Positions 33,016 to 47,674 of a DNA stretch of 64,000 nt are shown one piece after another. The notes under the pieces were generated by a model. That model saw only the letters and a list, made by a program, of their open reading frames with translations, did not search any database and was not told where the DNA came from. The DNA comes from the human T2T-CHM13v2.0 reference genome, Homo sapiens. The position numbers were made by a program, and so were the translations under genes. The stretch lies in the NCBI RefSeq assembly GCF_009914755.1, contig NC_060927.1. One strand, given 5' to 3'. Every line of letters starts with the position of its first letter. Within the stretch, counting starts at the first letter, position 1.

Positions 33016-33419
33016 ATTATGTAGAAATATGTTACATGTGCAACAAATAAGCAAGTAGCACAAATATACCTTGAAACAGAAATAGTACAGCTGTTTATGT
33101 TTAAGGTGATCTCTTCATGTAATAAAGCTTCTATTATCCAGAAGATAATATTTCTAATAAGTTTTGTTTCCTCCATATCAGGAAATTGAGTGAATGAGAA
33201 AGAAAACAGAAAGAAAGAGAAAAAAGAATGTGGAGGTAGAGTGTGGGGACAGAGAAAAGACTAAGGTGGTACAAGAATATGTGCGTTGACCCTTCACTGC
33301 ATTTCTACTTTAAGACAAAGAAAGTGTGCCCTCATTTTTAATTGAACTGTTCAAAGAAGGAAAATAACACTGCTTTAGGTATCTGTCAAATGCTAGGAAA
33401 ATCATGTTTATTATATGCA

Positions 33420-33950
33420 TATTGTATAATAATCATTCATTATACGCAATGACTATTTATTGTACTTCTATTACAAAGTCAAATCACAAAAACGAATAAT
33501 ATGATCTTTAGCTTGATGAAGCTGACAGTCAAATGGGAGGAATCTGACAAGAAACCGAAATAACAGAAAAACAGAATAATTGCAGATTGGGCCAGAAACA
33601 AACAAGACACACAATCATGCAACAAGGGATTCATTTGGAGGGGTAGTGTCAGGAAATAAAGGCTTTTCTGAGATGCTCATATTTAAGCTGAAATCTGAGA
33701 AATGAAGAAACAGCTATCTGCATATTTCAGCAGAAGACACAGCATGTTCAAAGGTCCTGAGTTGGAAAAGACTTTGGCGTTTTCAAAGACGTTAAAACAA
33801 AAACAATAGCCCATTTTGAAAAGCGAAAGAGGTTCAAGTCTGGCAAAGGTCAAATGATGTAGAACCTCACAGGTAATGGAGGACATTCAGTGGGACACAA
33901 TCCAACTTATATTTAAAAAATACTACCTTGCCTGTTGTGTGGAGGACGGA
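33420..33950 (-). mobile_element. L2 fragment
   Basis: TTTAAGCTGAAATCTGA...ACAGCATGTTCAAAGGTCCTGAG. Confidence 0.55.
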
Positions 33951-36449
33951 TGTGTGTGCATTGAGGGTGAGCGGGTGGTAGTAGTGATGGGCATTTTGAA
34001 ATGTACATTTAAAAATTTTGGAAAGCAAAGTTTAGGGAAAAGTATAATTCAAGCTGAAGACTTCCACGTAGAAGAACCATGCTGCACCAAGTAGCTAAGG
34101 CTTAGTCGCTTAACCCTATCTTTATCAGAGAGCAGAGGATTGGGTCTCCACTAATAAAATCTTCAACAATAGCAACAAAACCAAGGACAATTAATTTTAT
34201 TTAGTGCTAATTTTGAGTATCACAGTAATTTGAAAGCTAGCTCCATGTTCCAAGCAATTTAAAAATTGAAATTAAAAGAATCTTCCAATTACTTCACAGA
34301 GAGGTTAACATACCTAAGGATCCACAGATAATAATCAGCAAAGCTTTGAGTTCAAACTGTGTTCTCTGAATCCAGAGCTCACATTTTTATCAAGATTAGA
34401 GAAGGAATATTGCTATGTTATTGTTAACACGGTGGTCTAAAAGCTTATTACAGAAAATAGCAAAAGAAATAATAATCTGACAAAGTAAATCCAGCTCCTC
34501 CTCTGCAAATATACTCGTCTGCTTAATAGTACTGTGATTTATTTCTATAGCTCTTTATATATTTATTTATTTGAATATATATTAAATAATATAGTATTTA
34601 TATATAATATAAATATTGTTTATATGTAATATAAATAATATATTACTCAGATATACTGAACTAGGTTTTAACATATATCATTACATTTTATCCTTAAAAA
34701 TATTCCATGTGGTATACGTGACAATTGCTGTTTCATCCATTTTACTCCTTAAGAAGTAGTCTCAGTGAGCTAAGTGATGTATTCAAGGACATAACCAAGT
34801 ATCTGCTCCTTAGTGAGGCTGTCGCTAAATACCCACTCTTAGTAGCACCGACTAGTCATTCTTTACTTTCTGCACAGTATTTGTCACTATCTGAAATTAT
34901 TTTGACTTTAACAATTTCTTTCTCTACTTCCCTCATTAAAATTTAAGGACAGTGAGATAGACACTGTAATTGTCTTGTAATCTAGCATCTAAAACCTGCC
35001 CATACATAATGGGTTCAGAGTAAACATTTGTTGAGTGAATACTGCTTTAAAACATGTAATATTAATAAAAAATGACAAGCCCAAGATTACAATTAAAGTC
35101 TTTACAATCTTGGTTAATGCTCATTCCATCACACGATACCATCATCTCAGATCATGTTCACTTGAGGCCATGTAAGGTCACCAATAACTGAAATGACATT
35201 TTGCATTTCAAAAGCAACTTCAAATAGATAAATTTTTCTTCAGATTGACCACAGTTATACATCTTTGCAATGAAGTTTTTTTCCCCTTTGTTTTCTGTAT
35301 TGCATTTCATATGAGAGAGATGAGCTCAGTCAACATAGTCACTTGAGACTGATCAAAGTCTAAAGTATGGCATGAAACAACTCACATTTAACCTTTGCAA
35401 ATGAATAAGTAAAGGGAAATTCATGAATTCTTAAAATACTGTCCCTCGATGCAGATATCAGCCTCTTTCTGGTTTTAGCATAAATTCACATGGGCATCTT
35501 TTCCACAGGCACTTTTATTTTTCCTAAGCAACTGGTATTCCCACTGAATTTTGTAAAAAATGAAAAAAAAGGCAAGTTTTAAAATAACATACTACTTATC
35601 AATCCTGTAAGGAGGCTGAATAACATTTAGAAAATAAATTTCCTTTTAGCTTTCCGAAGTAAGCTTTTGAAAGTAAATTCCTTGAGCACTTATGTTAGGG
35701 CGGAAATTTGTTTTACCTGCAACAATTGATATTTGCAATCAGTTTATTTAGCACAAAAGCATGTAGAAGAATAAAATAATAACCACCTCCCATTTTTTAT
35801 TTGTTCCCTATTTTCTGTGGTTGAATTCTGTGACAGCTGCTCCAAAGGCAAGGATGAAAATAGACTTAACTACAGCTCTGCTCGGGTATACACATGAGTG
35901 CCTCTCAAAGGACACATTGACTCCTATTGCCAACGATGCATGTGGCTCACAAACAAAGATAGCAGGCTACATCTATGTCTCAAACACTGAGTAGCACCAG
36001 GTCACTCTGCACAATGAATAAGGCAGATTTGAAAAGATCTACCCTTTTTTTTTTTCTGGATTGCTATATTGCTTGCTAAGTCATATTCTACAAAAAAGAG
36101 AAAGGGCATGTTCTGTAGAGTATAGAGAGAGGGATAAACAGTCTGTATAAAAGTTGATGTAGCTATTTGGGAAGTAAAGTAATTGTCCTTGTATTGAATT
36201 GTATTTACTTCCTTGAATTAAAATAAACAGCAAACAAATACAAAAACATGAAAAGTCAAGCACATTAATATCTACAAAGAAAAACTTTTTCCAAAAATAA
36301 GACCTTTTTTCTTTGCCTAAAATTATTTAGTGACTCAAATATTTTTTTCATATATGGCAAAAGTATACTTTTCTGGGCTGATAGTTTGTCTTTCCCCATT
36401 ACTAGTAATGCTAGAGGAAAACAATCTCTCTTCTCTGCTTCAGTACAGT

Positions 36450-36660
36450 CCATAGTACATGTGGCAAGAACTGTGCCTCACATTTCCCGTGGATTATTTC
36501 TTTTATTCCTAACAGTACCCTAAAAGGCAGGTCCAGACATTACTCCTGTTTTTTGAGTGAAGAGACAAAGGATTCAGCAATTAGAAACCTGTCCAGTTTG
36601 CACAACTGGAAAGTGATAGAGTCAGAACTTGAATCAGAGTCCCAGGTCTTAACCAAATTG
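36450..36660 (-). mobile_element. MIR
   Basis: GAGTGAAGAGACAAAGGATTCAG...CACAACTGGAAAGTGATAGAGTCAGAACTTGAATC. Confidence 0.6.
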
Positions 36661-37102
36661 TCTTGCAAAAATGACTTACAAAAATAATTTACTTTAAAGC
36701 CATGAATAAAGTCAGCTCTTCATTTTCAACACTGACTCCAACATTCTTACTACAATTCATCATTCACTGTGCTCCAAGAATTAACAAGTGCCCACCAAAT
36801 AATTCACTTCCCAACTTACAATCCTGAATGCCTTCAACAGTAATTTACAGTTTCTCTGCAAAATCTGAAAGGTTCTTGATCATTTAGCTACAGCCAGCTT
36901 TTCCAGAGGGTCGTTCACTCCTAAACACCCTTAGTCCTAGCCATGCTATTCATACTTCACTTAAAATGCCTTTCAACTTCTGTCCCTGATGGAATTCCGT
37001 TTATTCTGCCCATCTCTGCTTAACTGGGACTTCCTTTCCTAACCCCTCTTGGAACTGTTTGTCCTTTTCATAGTCAATCCAATGCACGGTGTACCTACAG
37101 CA

Positions 37103-37233
37103 ATAGTAAAAATGACACACTAGATCAGAAGGTTTTGGTAATATTTATTGGCTATAAATTAAATTCTATAGTGAAAATGACATACTGGATTATAAGTTTT
37201 TGGTAAGTATTTATTGGCTATAGATTAAACTCT
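37103..37233. repeat. Diverged tandem duplication, two copies of 65-66 bp
   Basis: ATAGT(A/G)AAAATGACA(C/T)ACT...TTTTGGTAA(G)TATTTATTGGCTATA(A/G)ATTAAA(T/C)TCT at 37103 and 37168. Confidence 0.85.
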
Positions 37234-40200
37234 TCAAGTGCAGAAATACATTTATTCTGGTACCCCTTTCATTTTTCACATTGTTACATAATAAATGACC
37301 AATAAATGATTATTGATTAAAATAGCATTCTATTTGAAATATATAGTTACAAAGGAAAACGATTCGTTTTTCATGTTTTCACTTCAGTTAGTACAATTTA
37401 GCTATCTGGCAGCAATTCAGTTTGGTTATGGGGTAGACAATTCATCTATCAAATCAGAAAAAATATTCTAATTGCCTTTTGAGCAATACTTTAAGGGGGA
37501 TGATCTGGACAAAAGGTCCAATGATGAAATGATTTAAAACACGCACAAAAAATCTAAATAAATATGCTACTAAAATTATAAGTTAAAAATGACATTATTT
37601 CCATATTTTAGTAAAGTATAATCTAGTTCAGTTACACATAACTTTCCTTGATAAATAAGGAAAGTAAACTATTGAGGTTGGTAAGGAGAATATGAATTAG
37701 GGCGTCTACAGATTCCTTTACTTTGTAAGCCTCTTATAATTGTGTTTTACTAATAGTTCCATGTTCATATACTTAGAAAGTATCATCTAGTTATGGATTC
37801 TTTCAGAGAGCACACTTCAGACTTTGGTTTGTTCTGTTCACTCTCATCGGGTGGGGAAGTGCAGCAAACTGCACACAGAACTGTAAACATTCATTTTCAT
37901 GACCACCATTTAAAACTATATGTATATTTTTATATTCACATGTTAGCCTGTGTTCTCTCTCTGTCTCTCTCTCTCTGTTTGTCTCTCTCTTTGCTTATTT
38001 TGTTGCTGCCTTTACATTAGAAATAGTCCTCTGGGGAAATGTTTGGGGGGCTTTTTCCCTGGACTTTCTCTGCAATGATTTGGTGAGCACATATAATTTT
38101 TTAGTGTCTACCATCATTGACAGGTTGGCCTCAAGGCACAGTGTTCTGCATAGCACATCATGGTTTATTGATGAGCAATGGGAACTGAAGCAGAGTGGTG
38201 GAAGCTGGCACACCAGTTACAGATCCTTGTTTAGAAACCAACTGGGCATTCAGTAATGAGACCATGTGGTCTTGTTTGCAGGCCTCAGCTCAGGCCAGAG
38301 AGCTGTCTAAGGATGTGTTGGAAGGAAAAAAACACAAACACCCATATATTTTAAGTAGCTTCTGCCATCAGCAGTTTAAACCTAACATCATATACTTATC
38401 ACACTTTCAGAATTCTTCAAAGAAATGTTTAGGATGGAACTAAGAGTAAACTAGGTTCTTGGTCCAGAGTTTGAAGTGTACAATAAAAGGAATATGAGTT
38501 CATTTTTTCCCCAGAATAATTTGTTCTAAAAATTAAAAGTAGTTCTACTTAGCTGAAGAAGTAATATGTGCATAAAGTAAAAATTTTAAAATTCAAACAT
38601 TATGAACAAATAATCTAGGTAACCACAGATATATTAGCTGCTGCCAGTTGTGGAACTCCTTTCAGAAATATTCTATATTCATTTACTTTTGAAAGACAGG
38701 AAGTACATGGAAGCACATTCTCTAAATTTAATTAACAATACATGTGGATTATGCTCCTTATCAGCCCACGCATTTTCTTTATTTTTATAGTGGTCCATCA
38801 TATGCAGATAGCAGTTTATTTAAGTGATCCTTGTTTTCAGTTAATAGACAATGCCAGAATAAACGTTTTTATATGTAAGTATTATGGTGAGTATATTTGT
38901 AATTTTAATTTCATAAAAGGAAAGAGTACATCTCTTTTACATTTCTACCAAGACTTTAGGGCTTCATCTCAACACTCCTGCCAAAAACAATAAAATTTTA
39001 GTCACATAATAGTTGAAAAATGGAATCTCACTGATGCAATTTTCTTGATTATGAGTAGAGTACCTTTCAACATTTTTCTGTAATCTATCTGTTCTTGTAT
39101 TTGTAAAATGTCCCATTGAAGTTTTAGTTTTAAAATATATTCATTTATATATTAATGATAAAATATATCATATATTTTTATGATATTTACATACAATAGT
39201 ATGTAACACATATTTTCTGTAATGTATGTCTCAAATATTTTTCTAATTCATCTTTTAATTTTCTTAATTCTATTTTTATGTAGAAATTATTATGTCATAT
39301 ATTATCACATATATTAGTAATTTCCTTTAATACTTCTTTTTTTTAAATTTGTTTCAGGTACATATTCCCTACTCCAAGTTGTTAGCCATTCTCTTGTATT
39401 TTGGCTAGATATCTGTTTCCTTGTATTGTTTAAGTTTTTGTCCACTTGAAATGTATTTTGTATTTTGTTGTAAGGAGTGAAGCAAGGGTTAGCTTAATTT
39501 TTTTCAAGATAATAAACACCTGTCCCAACATTATGTGACATATATCTTTTCACCATGTTTCAAATTCTGTCTTTACCTTAGCCTCTATTTCATTGTGTTA
39601 TTCTGTTTATTCATGAACCAGCTTCACTCTATGTTCATACCATATTTAATATGGGTTTTTGTATTTACTTATAATATAAATTTCTTCTGATATTCTACTA
39701 TGTAAGCCTGCTGTTTTGGGTTGTGAAGATTATACAGAAAGTAGTCTCCACATTTAAAACAAATTTATACATTCCTATATTTAAAATAGTTATAAATATA
39801 GATTAGGTGCCATTCACTTCTTTGGAAAGAAGATAAGATATTAATGCATGACTAAAGTGGAATTGAAAATGAATGTTTTTGGAAGAAATAATATCCCCCA
39901 TATTATTCAAGTAAAATTTGCATTATTGTGAAAGACAAAGTAGGGTATCTGCAAAAATACTTGATTTAGCATGAGAAGACATAGCTTACTCTGCAAGAGC
40001 TAACGCATCTTAGCTACACAATCTTAGTAAGTGATTTGGCCTCTATCAACCCTGGATTACTCTTGAATAGGGAAAATGTTCTCAGTCTACCTCATGAAAT
40101 TGCTGTCAGGACAACATGCAATACTATAATATCAATTTTATTTCCAAAGGGTAAATTATTATCTAAATCATATCAATCATTCTTATAATACTAATTCTAA

Positions 40201-40619
40201 ATTGTATGACCTATCATTTAATAAAGTTTGTATCAATAGTGTTGTGTATCCAAATCTTCATTAAATCTTTATTACCCAGGTTTGATTGTGCTCCTGAGGA
40301 ACTTGGGCATCAAAGGCCACTTTCACTTTTGACAATTAAATAGTACAGGTGACCACTACATAATATGTTGGTCTAATTAGAAACGTTTAAATTCAAATCA
40401 AGTATTTGAAGAGAGCAACCATTTGATGTTTGGTACTGAGGGAGTACAGTTGTATAATTGATTGAGTCTCCAATTGTCAACTTGCAAATTGGCAAATTAA
40501 TAGCCCTCATATTCAATTTATGTCAAGTCCTTCAAGTGACCTGAACAAATTACTCCTACTCTGATAATTTGTACCACATCCATTTATCCTATATACTATA
40601 ATGATTCTTATGTTTCTGA

Positions 40620-40975
40620 GCCCAGGGTTGGATGCTTGATTTCGGTCTGGCCATCAGATTTGCATTCCCTGGCCACAGTGAGAAGTTCACAGATGGGTAT
40701 GGTGCCAGTCAAAGCCAATGAGGCATGATGAGGCTTTTACTAAGCTTTCTGGAAAAGAAACTGCTTCTTGTTGTACTTGAATCTGAGTGCATGCAAAGGC
40801 TAGAGCTAACGTAGCAACTCTATATGTCTGAGAAAAAATCACACAGAAGGATGTCAACAGATAGAAAGATAGAGATGTCCTTCCTGAGGACATATTTTAG
40901 TTCAGATTCTAGACATATGTGATGCAAAATATTCCACTTGAGTTGAAATCAGTTTAAGGCCATTTTTACTTACAG
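40620..40975. mobile_element. MLT1 (J/K/L-like) MaLR LTR fragment
   Basis: ATTCCCTGGCCACAGTGA...GATGGGTATGGTGCCAGTCAAAGCCAATGAG motif. Confidence 0.55.
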
Positions 40976-41087
40976 AATCCAATGAAGAATTTAAGGTTAT
41001 TTAACGCTATTGTAAATTATACCATAATAATTGATTTCTCAAGCGTTGATGTTCACAATATTATTCTGTTCATTGCCTTTAAAAAAA

Positions 41088-41114
41088 TGTGTGTGTGTGT
41101 GTGTGTGTGTGTGT
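41088..41114. repeat. (TG)n microsatellite
   Basis: About 13 TG units. Confidence 0.95.
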
Positions 41115-43844
41115 TGTAGCATGACTATCAAACAAACTTTTTTTTCAATAAGGTCTGTTAATTGAGTTATAGTTGATCAAAGACAATTTTAAAGTTAGGC
41201 TTTCTTTAAAAATCCTTTAAAATAAAGAATGCCAAATTTTGCAAATATTTTCATTGGAATCCAATGATTATTAGCTCATAAATTTATCTTTAGTATGGCA
41301 GTGTCTTCATATAGAACTGTTCAAAAATTGGGTGTTAACTGAGGGCATATTGTAGGTTCTATCAACATTTCCGGAACATTGTTAGAGCAGCTTGTAAAGG
41401 GAACTGCTTTCTGACTCTAATTGTAGATGTAGTGAGATATAAACTTGTAAAATTTAAAGTCAACACCCTAGCATCTTGCTAGTTTTCACATGATTGACTG
41501 GTCTAATATGTCATTCAACTAGTTGTCCAAAAAAACTGTGGTTTTATTTAGAAACCTCATGTGATCACAGTGTGGATTCACAGGATGAACAGTGAGAAAC
41601 ATTAAAAGAATGATCATATAGCACATGCTCCAAACAAATGGAAAAATTAAGAGCACTCAGTAACAACAAAATTTCTAAACAGCTTCTAGTTTGTAACTGG
41701 GGCTAAGCCTCACCCCCCCAACCTCAAGTAGGTAATATTAACGTTACACAAAGTCATTTTTTACTATGCACGTAAAGAGAATTAATGAAAACATACATTA
41801 AATATATTTCCCTCATGAGATAATTTTCCGAGTTTAATAATCATATGTCATTCTGATAGATATGCTTTCCTTTAAACCTCCTCATTAGAATGATAAAAAG
41901 TCAAGGTATTTTGGTAATCAAAATAGGAAAATGGCATGAAACTATAATAAAGGAAAGCCAGCTGAGGAGCCTGCTACAAAACAATACCATGTATAATTGG
42001 TACTTAATTATGCAGATTTAGCAAATGGCAGAAGGACAGTTGTATTCCTTGACCAAGGCTGCCTGCCAAGTCAAGCTGACATAAATGTAGGAAGGATCCC
42101 ACTCTATGATCCTGACTGCTGCATCTCTTCTACAATGACAAAATATTTTTGAGTAAGAAAGAAATCCATGGATTTGCTTAAACAAGTCAAGTTGATGTAT
42201 TTGATATAAGTGACAATTCCCAATAACATCATTAACAAAGTTTTATTAAACATATCAATTTTTTTAAATCAAGGTTTTAAGGGGACCAGAAGAAAACCAA
42301 ATAATAGCCTATGCACTTGAGTAGAGGATAAGTTTACTGCATGGTTCTTTGCAAAAATAATTTCTACACATAGACGAGGGTCTTTGAAAAAAAGAAATGT
42401 CATTGAAAAAGTAAATATAAGTTGTCTTTTACTATATCCATAAGAAACAAGCTATAGAAAAAGTTGATTATTGTTGCATTTCACATTTACACCATAACTT
42501 TGTATACCTGTTAAAATAACTTAAAATGCTATTTGTAAACAAACAAGTACTTTAAAAATCATTTGTGCAGGTGCTTTATTGGCACTGCCATAGCCAGAGC
42601 TAGCCTCTAGTACCATCGCTCTCCTTCTTGACCTCTGAGTACACACTCATTGTTAGATAGAAGGACCGTCTATCCCTAGCTTGGTACCCATGGGCACTTA
42701 CTGATTTCCTGAGATGGTAGAAAATACCTGGGCAGAATCCATAATTTCAAAATAATACATACCATAATTTCAAATTAATAGATTCAGCCTCTGATGAGCT
42801 GCAGTTATACATATTTTCCAATCAGTCACCATGGAGGTGACTTTAATGGAGGAAAAATAAATTTAGTTGAGTAATTTCTTTCCTTCCTCCTCTCAAGTTC
42901 ATTTTTTTTTCTACTGTTTTGAATCAGGAAGAGAAGTAGCATGTGTCAGCAATGTCTTGCCAATAAAATTTATTTCTCAGTGTATGGTAATAGGCACTAG
43001 CGTCATTTCCTGCTTCTTGGACAGTAAAATTGGAAAGGAGTTCCTTGACTATTTGTCAGGGCTTGAGATGCCACACAGGATCCCAGTAAAAATGTATTTC
43101 ACTAGGTCAGAGAAAATCTCTGAATAGCTTAGAAGATATAGCATCCAAAATATTGCCAAGAATTTAATAGGAGGAAAGAAGGGATAGAAACATGAGGTAG
43201 AAGTGATTTAGAATGAAACTGAAAGCTAAATTAAGGTGGAACCTACATGTGGTAAGGAAATATGGTTTGAGGGATATTTTTGCCTTTATCATTATATGTT
43301 CATATGATATTCTCTACTTTAAATAACATCATGTGAAATGGAAGAAAATACATGTGTCTTTTTTCTGGATGGGTGCTAGTTTGCATCAAACGTTAGCCAA
43401 TCATCTATCAATCCAAAATCTCAGTGTTCACAGTAACTTGTTAAGGGTTTTAGATTTCTGTAATAAAATACAGCAATACTTTCAGTGGGAAAAAGTGAAA
43501 AGTTGGGCAAACTTACGTTTGCACCAACATAATACTTTATGCATTCATAATAGGATTAGCCCAGAATAGTTTTAGTATCTGTGAAACATTGTCTTACTGT
43601 AAAGCCTATTCATATTTCCATGTTATCAGGTGTACATTCTTAGCAGCAAGCATGAGATTCTGCAAAATAAAATAAGAGAAATTGGGTACTGCTCTGCATC
43701 CTGTGTACATCATGAATCACTGGTAAGAAACTGAATATGACCTCAGTTCCTGGAATGAACTAAAAAATCATATGTTTAAATTGGTAATTCCGAGCCCTTT
43801 TAAAGCATTTTTGTCTCCATTATCTTGTTTTGTGGCCTCACTTT

Positions 43845-44590
43845 TTAAATATTATTTTTACTATGGTAAACACACATAACATAAAATTTACCATCTTACC
43901 CATTTTTAAGCGTACAGTTCAGTGGAGTTAGATACATTCCTAATGTGCCACCATCATGATCATCCAATCCACAAAACTCTGTTCATCTTAAAGACTGAAA
44001 TTCTGTACCCACTAAACAAGAACTCTCCATTGCTGCCTCCCCACAGTTCCTGGCAACCACAATTCTACTCTCTGTTTCAATGGCTTTGACTATTCTACCT
44101 ACCTATCTCATGTAAGTGGAATCATACAGTATTTATCTTTGTGTGACTGGCTTATTTTTACTTAGTATAATGTTTTCAAGGTTCATCCATGTTGCAGCAT
44201 GTGTCAGAATCCCCTTCCTTTTTAAGGCTGAATGATATTTCACTGTAATAAGTGCCACATTTTGCTGGTTCATTCATCTGCTGATGGACATTTGGATTGC
44301 TTCCATATTTCAGCTGTTGTGAATAACGCAGCTATGAACATGGGTGTATAAATATCTCTTTGAGATACTGCCTTCTATTCTTTTGGGTCTATACCCAAAA
44401 GTGGAATTGGTGCATCATATGGTAATTCTATTTTTAATTTTTTGTGGAACTGCCATACTGTTTTTTACAGCAGTTGTATCATTTTACATTTTGAACAGTG
44501 CACAAGGGTTCCAATTTCTCTGCATCCTTGCCAACACTTGTTTTCAGGTTTTGTTGTTGTTGTTGTTGTTTTTTATAGAAGCCATTCTGC
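43845..44590 (-). mobile_element. L1MB-like 3' fragment
   Basis: CATAACATAAAATTTACCATCTT...CCTGGCAACCAC...GTAAGTGGAATCATACAGTATTT...GGAACTGCCATACTGTTTT. Confidence 0.85.
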
Positions 44591-45299
44591 AGCCTCAAAT
44601 TTTGAGAGGCTTTTACTCATCTTGAAACAAAGAAAAGGATCCTATTTAGAAAAGTACAATCCTCACTTATTTGTGTACTTTAGACAGATAAACAAATGTC
44701 ATTATAAGATGACTTCTTCCAGCATCCCCTGATTCTAAATCTTAGGAATATTGAAGGTGCGATTTTCAGATTTCCACATTTTTACAAATGGCATTAGTAT
44801 GGTAATGACATTGATGATTATATTGTAAAAATGTACCAGTAAGATCTCACCCTGCAATTAAAATAATCCTTGGAAGACACTGTGTGGAATTGTTTTATAA
44901 GGGGAGATCACAGTGAAATCCTCCAAAGGTCTCATTTTGTTGTGCCAAATTTGATATTTAAAATGGTCCAAGGGTGGGGGAACTAAAACAAAGAACCAGT
45001 GAGTCCTCAACATTACACAGTGTAAATTATTAAAGAAGCAGCTAATAACATAAATGTGGTCCAATTCCTTCAACAAACTCAACAAGAGTCCCTACATAGT
45101 CTCTAATATCTGCAGACTATATCAGGCAGTGAAAAATTAGAGTACTAATATGTGGTTTCAAAAGTATATAGCACAGTTGCTTGAGAAGGAAATCTATCAG
45201 AAGGACACATATTTGTAAGACTTTTACAGCAGAGATTCATGTCATTTGACAACAGGTAACCTGTCAAATAATCATATGATGAAAATACAAAATCATATT

Positions 45300-46045
45300 G
45301 CACCACCTTTATAATGTAACCAGAATATAAGTACGTCTCTCCTCCTCTACCATCACTCTCATCTTGATCCAGCCCACCATCCTCATTTGCCTGCTTTATT
45401 GCAATAGCTTGAAATTATTTTCTCATTTACTCTTTTGCACCTTAGTATTCTTTTAAAATAACATCCTTAATCATTTCATTAAAATAGAATTCAGGTCCTG
45501 GTACCATTCTGTTCAAAACTGTCCAATCTCCTCTATTATGTCAGAATTAAAGAAGTAATTTTTGTAGCAGCCTACAAGGACTTTCACGGGCTGCCTATTG
45601 CCTCTCTGATCTCATTCCCGACTCCTCTCCCCTTGCTCTATCTGTTGTGGCCTAATGGTTTCTTGCTGTTTATCAAACACACTACAAGTAGTCTTAGCTA
45701 GAAGCACTTTCTCCAAATAACTGCATGGCTTATTTATTGAATCCTCTGCATTTTTCTCAAATATTACCTTGGCAAATCTGACTACTGCATTTAAAATTAC
45801 AATAGATCCTGTCACACTGCACACCCCTAACCTTATCATTTTTTTTCCTGATACTTAACACATTTTAACTTGCTTTAAAATCTAGTTGGTATACTTATTG
45901 TTTATGTTACATCACTGCCAGCCTACATTACTGGAATGTAAGCGCCATAAGGTCAGGAATTCTTGATATTTGTTTACTCATCAATGCATCCTGAGAGCCT
46001 AGAATAGTGCCTGGCACACAGGAAGATGTTCAATAAATATTTATC
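45300..46045 (+). mobile_element. L2 3' fragment
   Basis: CTGGAATGTAAGCGCCATAAGG...GCCTAGAATAGTGCCTGGCACACAGGAAGATGTTCAATAAATATTT. Confidence 0.75.
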
Positions 46046-46595
46046 ATTCACGCTAACAGTGGAGCTCAATAACTTTATTAGAGTCAGCATGTTTTGATCA
46101 GAAGACCTTACTCTACCATAGTGTTTGTAGTAGTTCTGTACATGTAGATATCAGGCATAGATGTGGCATTATAAGTAATCAGCTGAGCACTTCAACATTA
46201 TTTTCCTATGAGACATTTTGCAAGGTTGAGTTCTTTCAGCATTAGAATAATTTACCTGTTTGAGATTCTTAGGAATGTGCTGAGTGAACTCAGTATCCCC
46301 TCCAAGAGACTTTTCCATTATTTGTCAGAAGGAGATTGTCTACAAAGTCTTTTGGAAAAAAGCTGATTCGAAGATCAGAAATCAGTGTCAAAACGTCTGT
46401 ACTATTTTCCAATAATGGGGAGCAATGGGTTCCCTAAGGATTTCCACAAATTTTAAAGCCTGAAAGAACGGAATTTCCCCTGGATTTATAAACTGCAAAA
46501 ATTCAAGTTTTACCCTAAAGAAATAGCCTACAGAATTTGGGTATCTATAATGGCACGATGTGCACCAGACCAGATACACATATCACATAATCTAT

Positions 46596-47014
46596 CGTGA
46601 TGGTTCTTTTGATATGTCAGCTTGGATAGGCTTCAATCCCCAGATAGCCAACCCAATACTAATCTGGGAGTTGCTGGGAAGATATTTTATTGATGTGATT
46701 AAGTCCATAATCAATTGACTTTAATTAAGTGGAATTGTCCCGGATAATGTGAGTGGGCCTGATTCAATCAGTTGAAAGACCTTAAAAATAGGTCTGAAGC
46801 TTCCCTGATGGAAGAATAAATTCCACCTGTGGAGAGCAACTTCAGCCCATGCAGGAGAGTTCCACTCTACCCTTCCTGATGGCCTGTCCTACAGATTACA
46901 GACTTGCCTAGCCACCCCCAACAATAGCGCAAACCAACTCATTGCAATAGGTCTCTACTATTGCAATGTGTCTTCTACTGGTTCTCTCTCTTTGACTGAA
47001 CCCTGACTAATACA
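46596..47014 (+). mobile_element. MLT2 (MLT2D-like) ERVL solo LTR
   Basis: Starts GTGATGGTT...TGTCAGCTTGG; contains GGGCCTGATTCAATCAGTTGAAAGACCTTAA; ends GAACCCTGACTAATACA. Confidence 0.85.
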
Positions 47015-47380
47015 GTTATTAATGCCCCAAAGTAATGTAAGACTTGATGAAGATCATAAAGGCACAGAAAATTACATACTTAATCTAATGCCTATAGCCA
47101 ATTCACTTCTGTTAGAAAAAAATAGAAATTGGAGAATCTTTACAAACTTGCCCTTGACTAAATTTTGGACAGCTGTATTATTTATGATGGTTATGATGGT
47201 ACTGCAGATACTGAATATTCATTACTCATCTTATACCTTCAATTGGATTTTTTATTCTTGTAGAATTATCTCCTGCACTTAAGAAATCCTCTTTTTAGAA
47301 ATAATTTAGAGACAAATACATTATATATATTTCAATTATGTGATCAACAACTTTCATAAAATCTTCCCACTAGAATGTAA

Positions 47381-47674
<294 letters not shown>

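Noticed and set aside
43333-43569. ORF beginning MKWKKIHVSFF, reminiscent of the ROBO1 signal peptide MKWKHVPFL
   Set aside because: It is on the wrong strand for ROBO1, starts with GTG, and the similarity ends after a few residues, so this is coincidence
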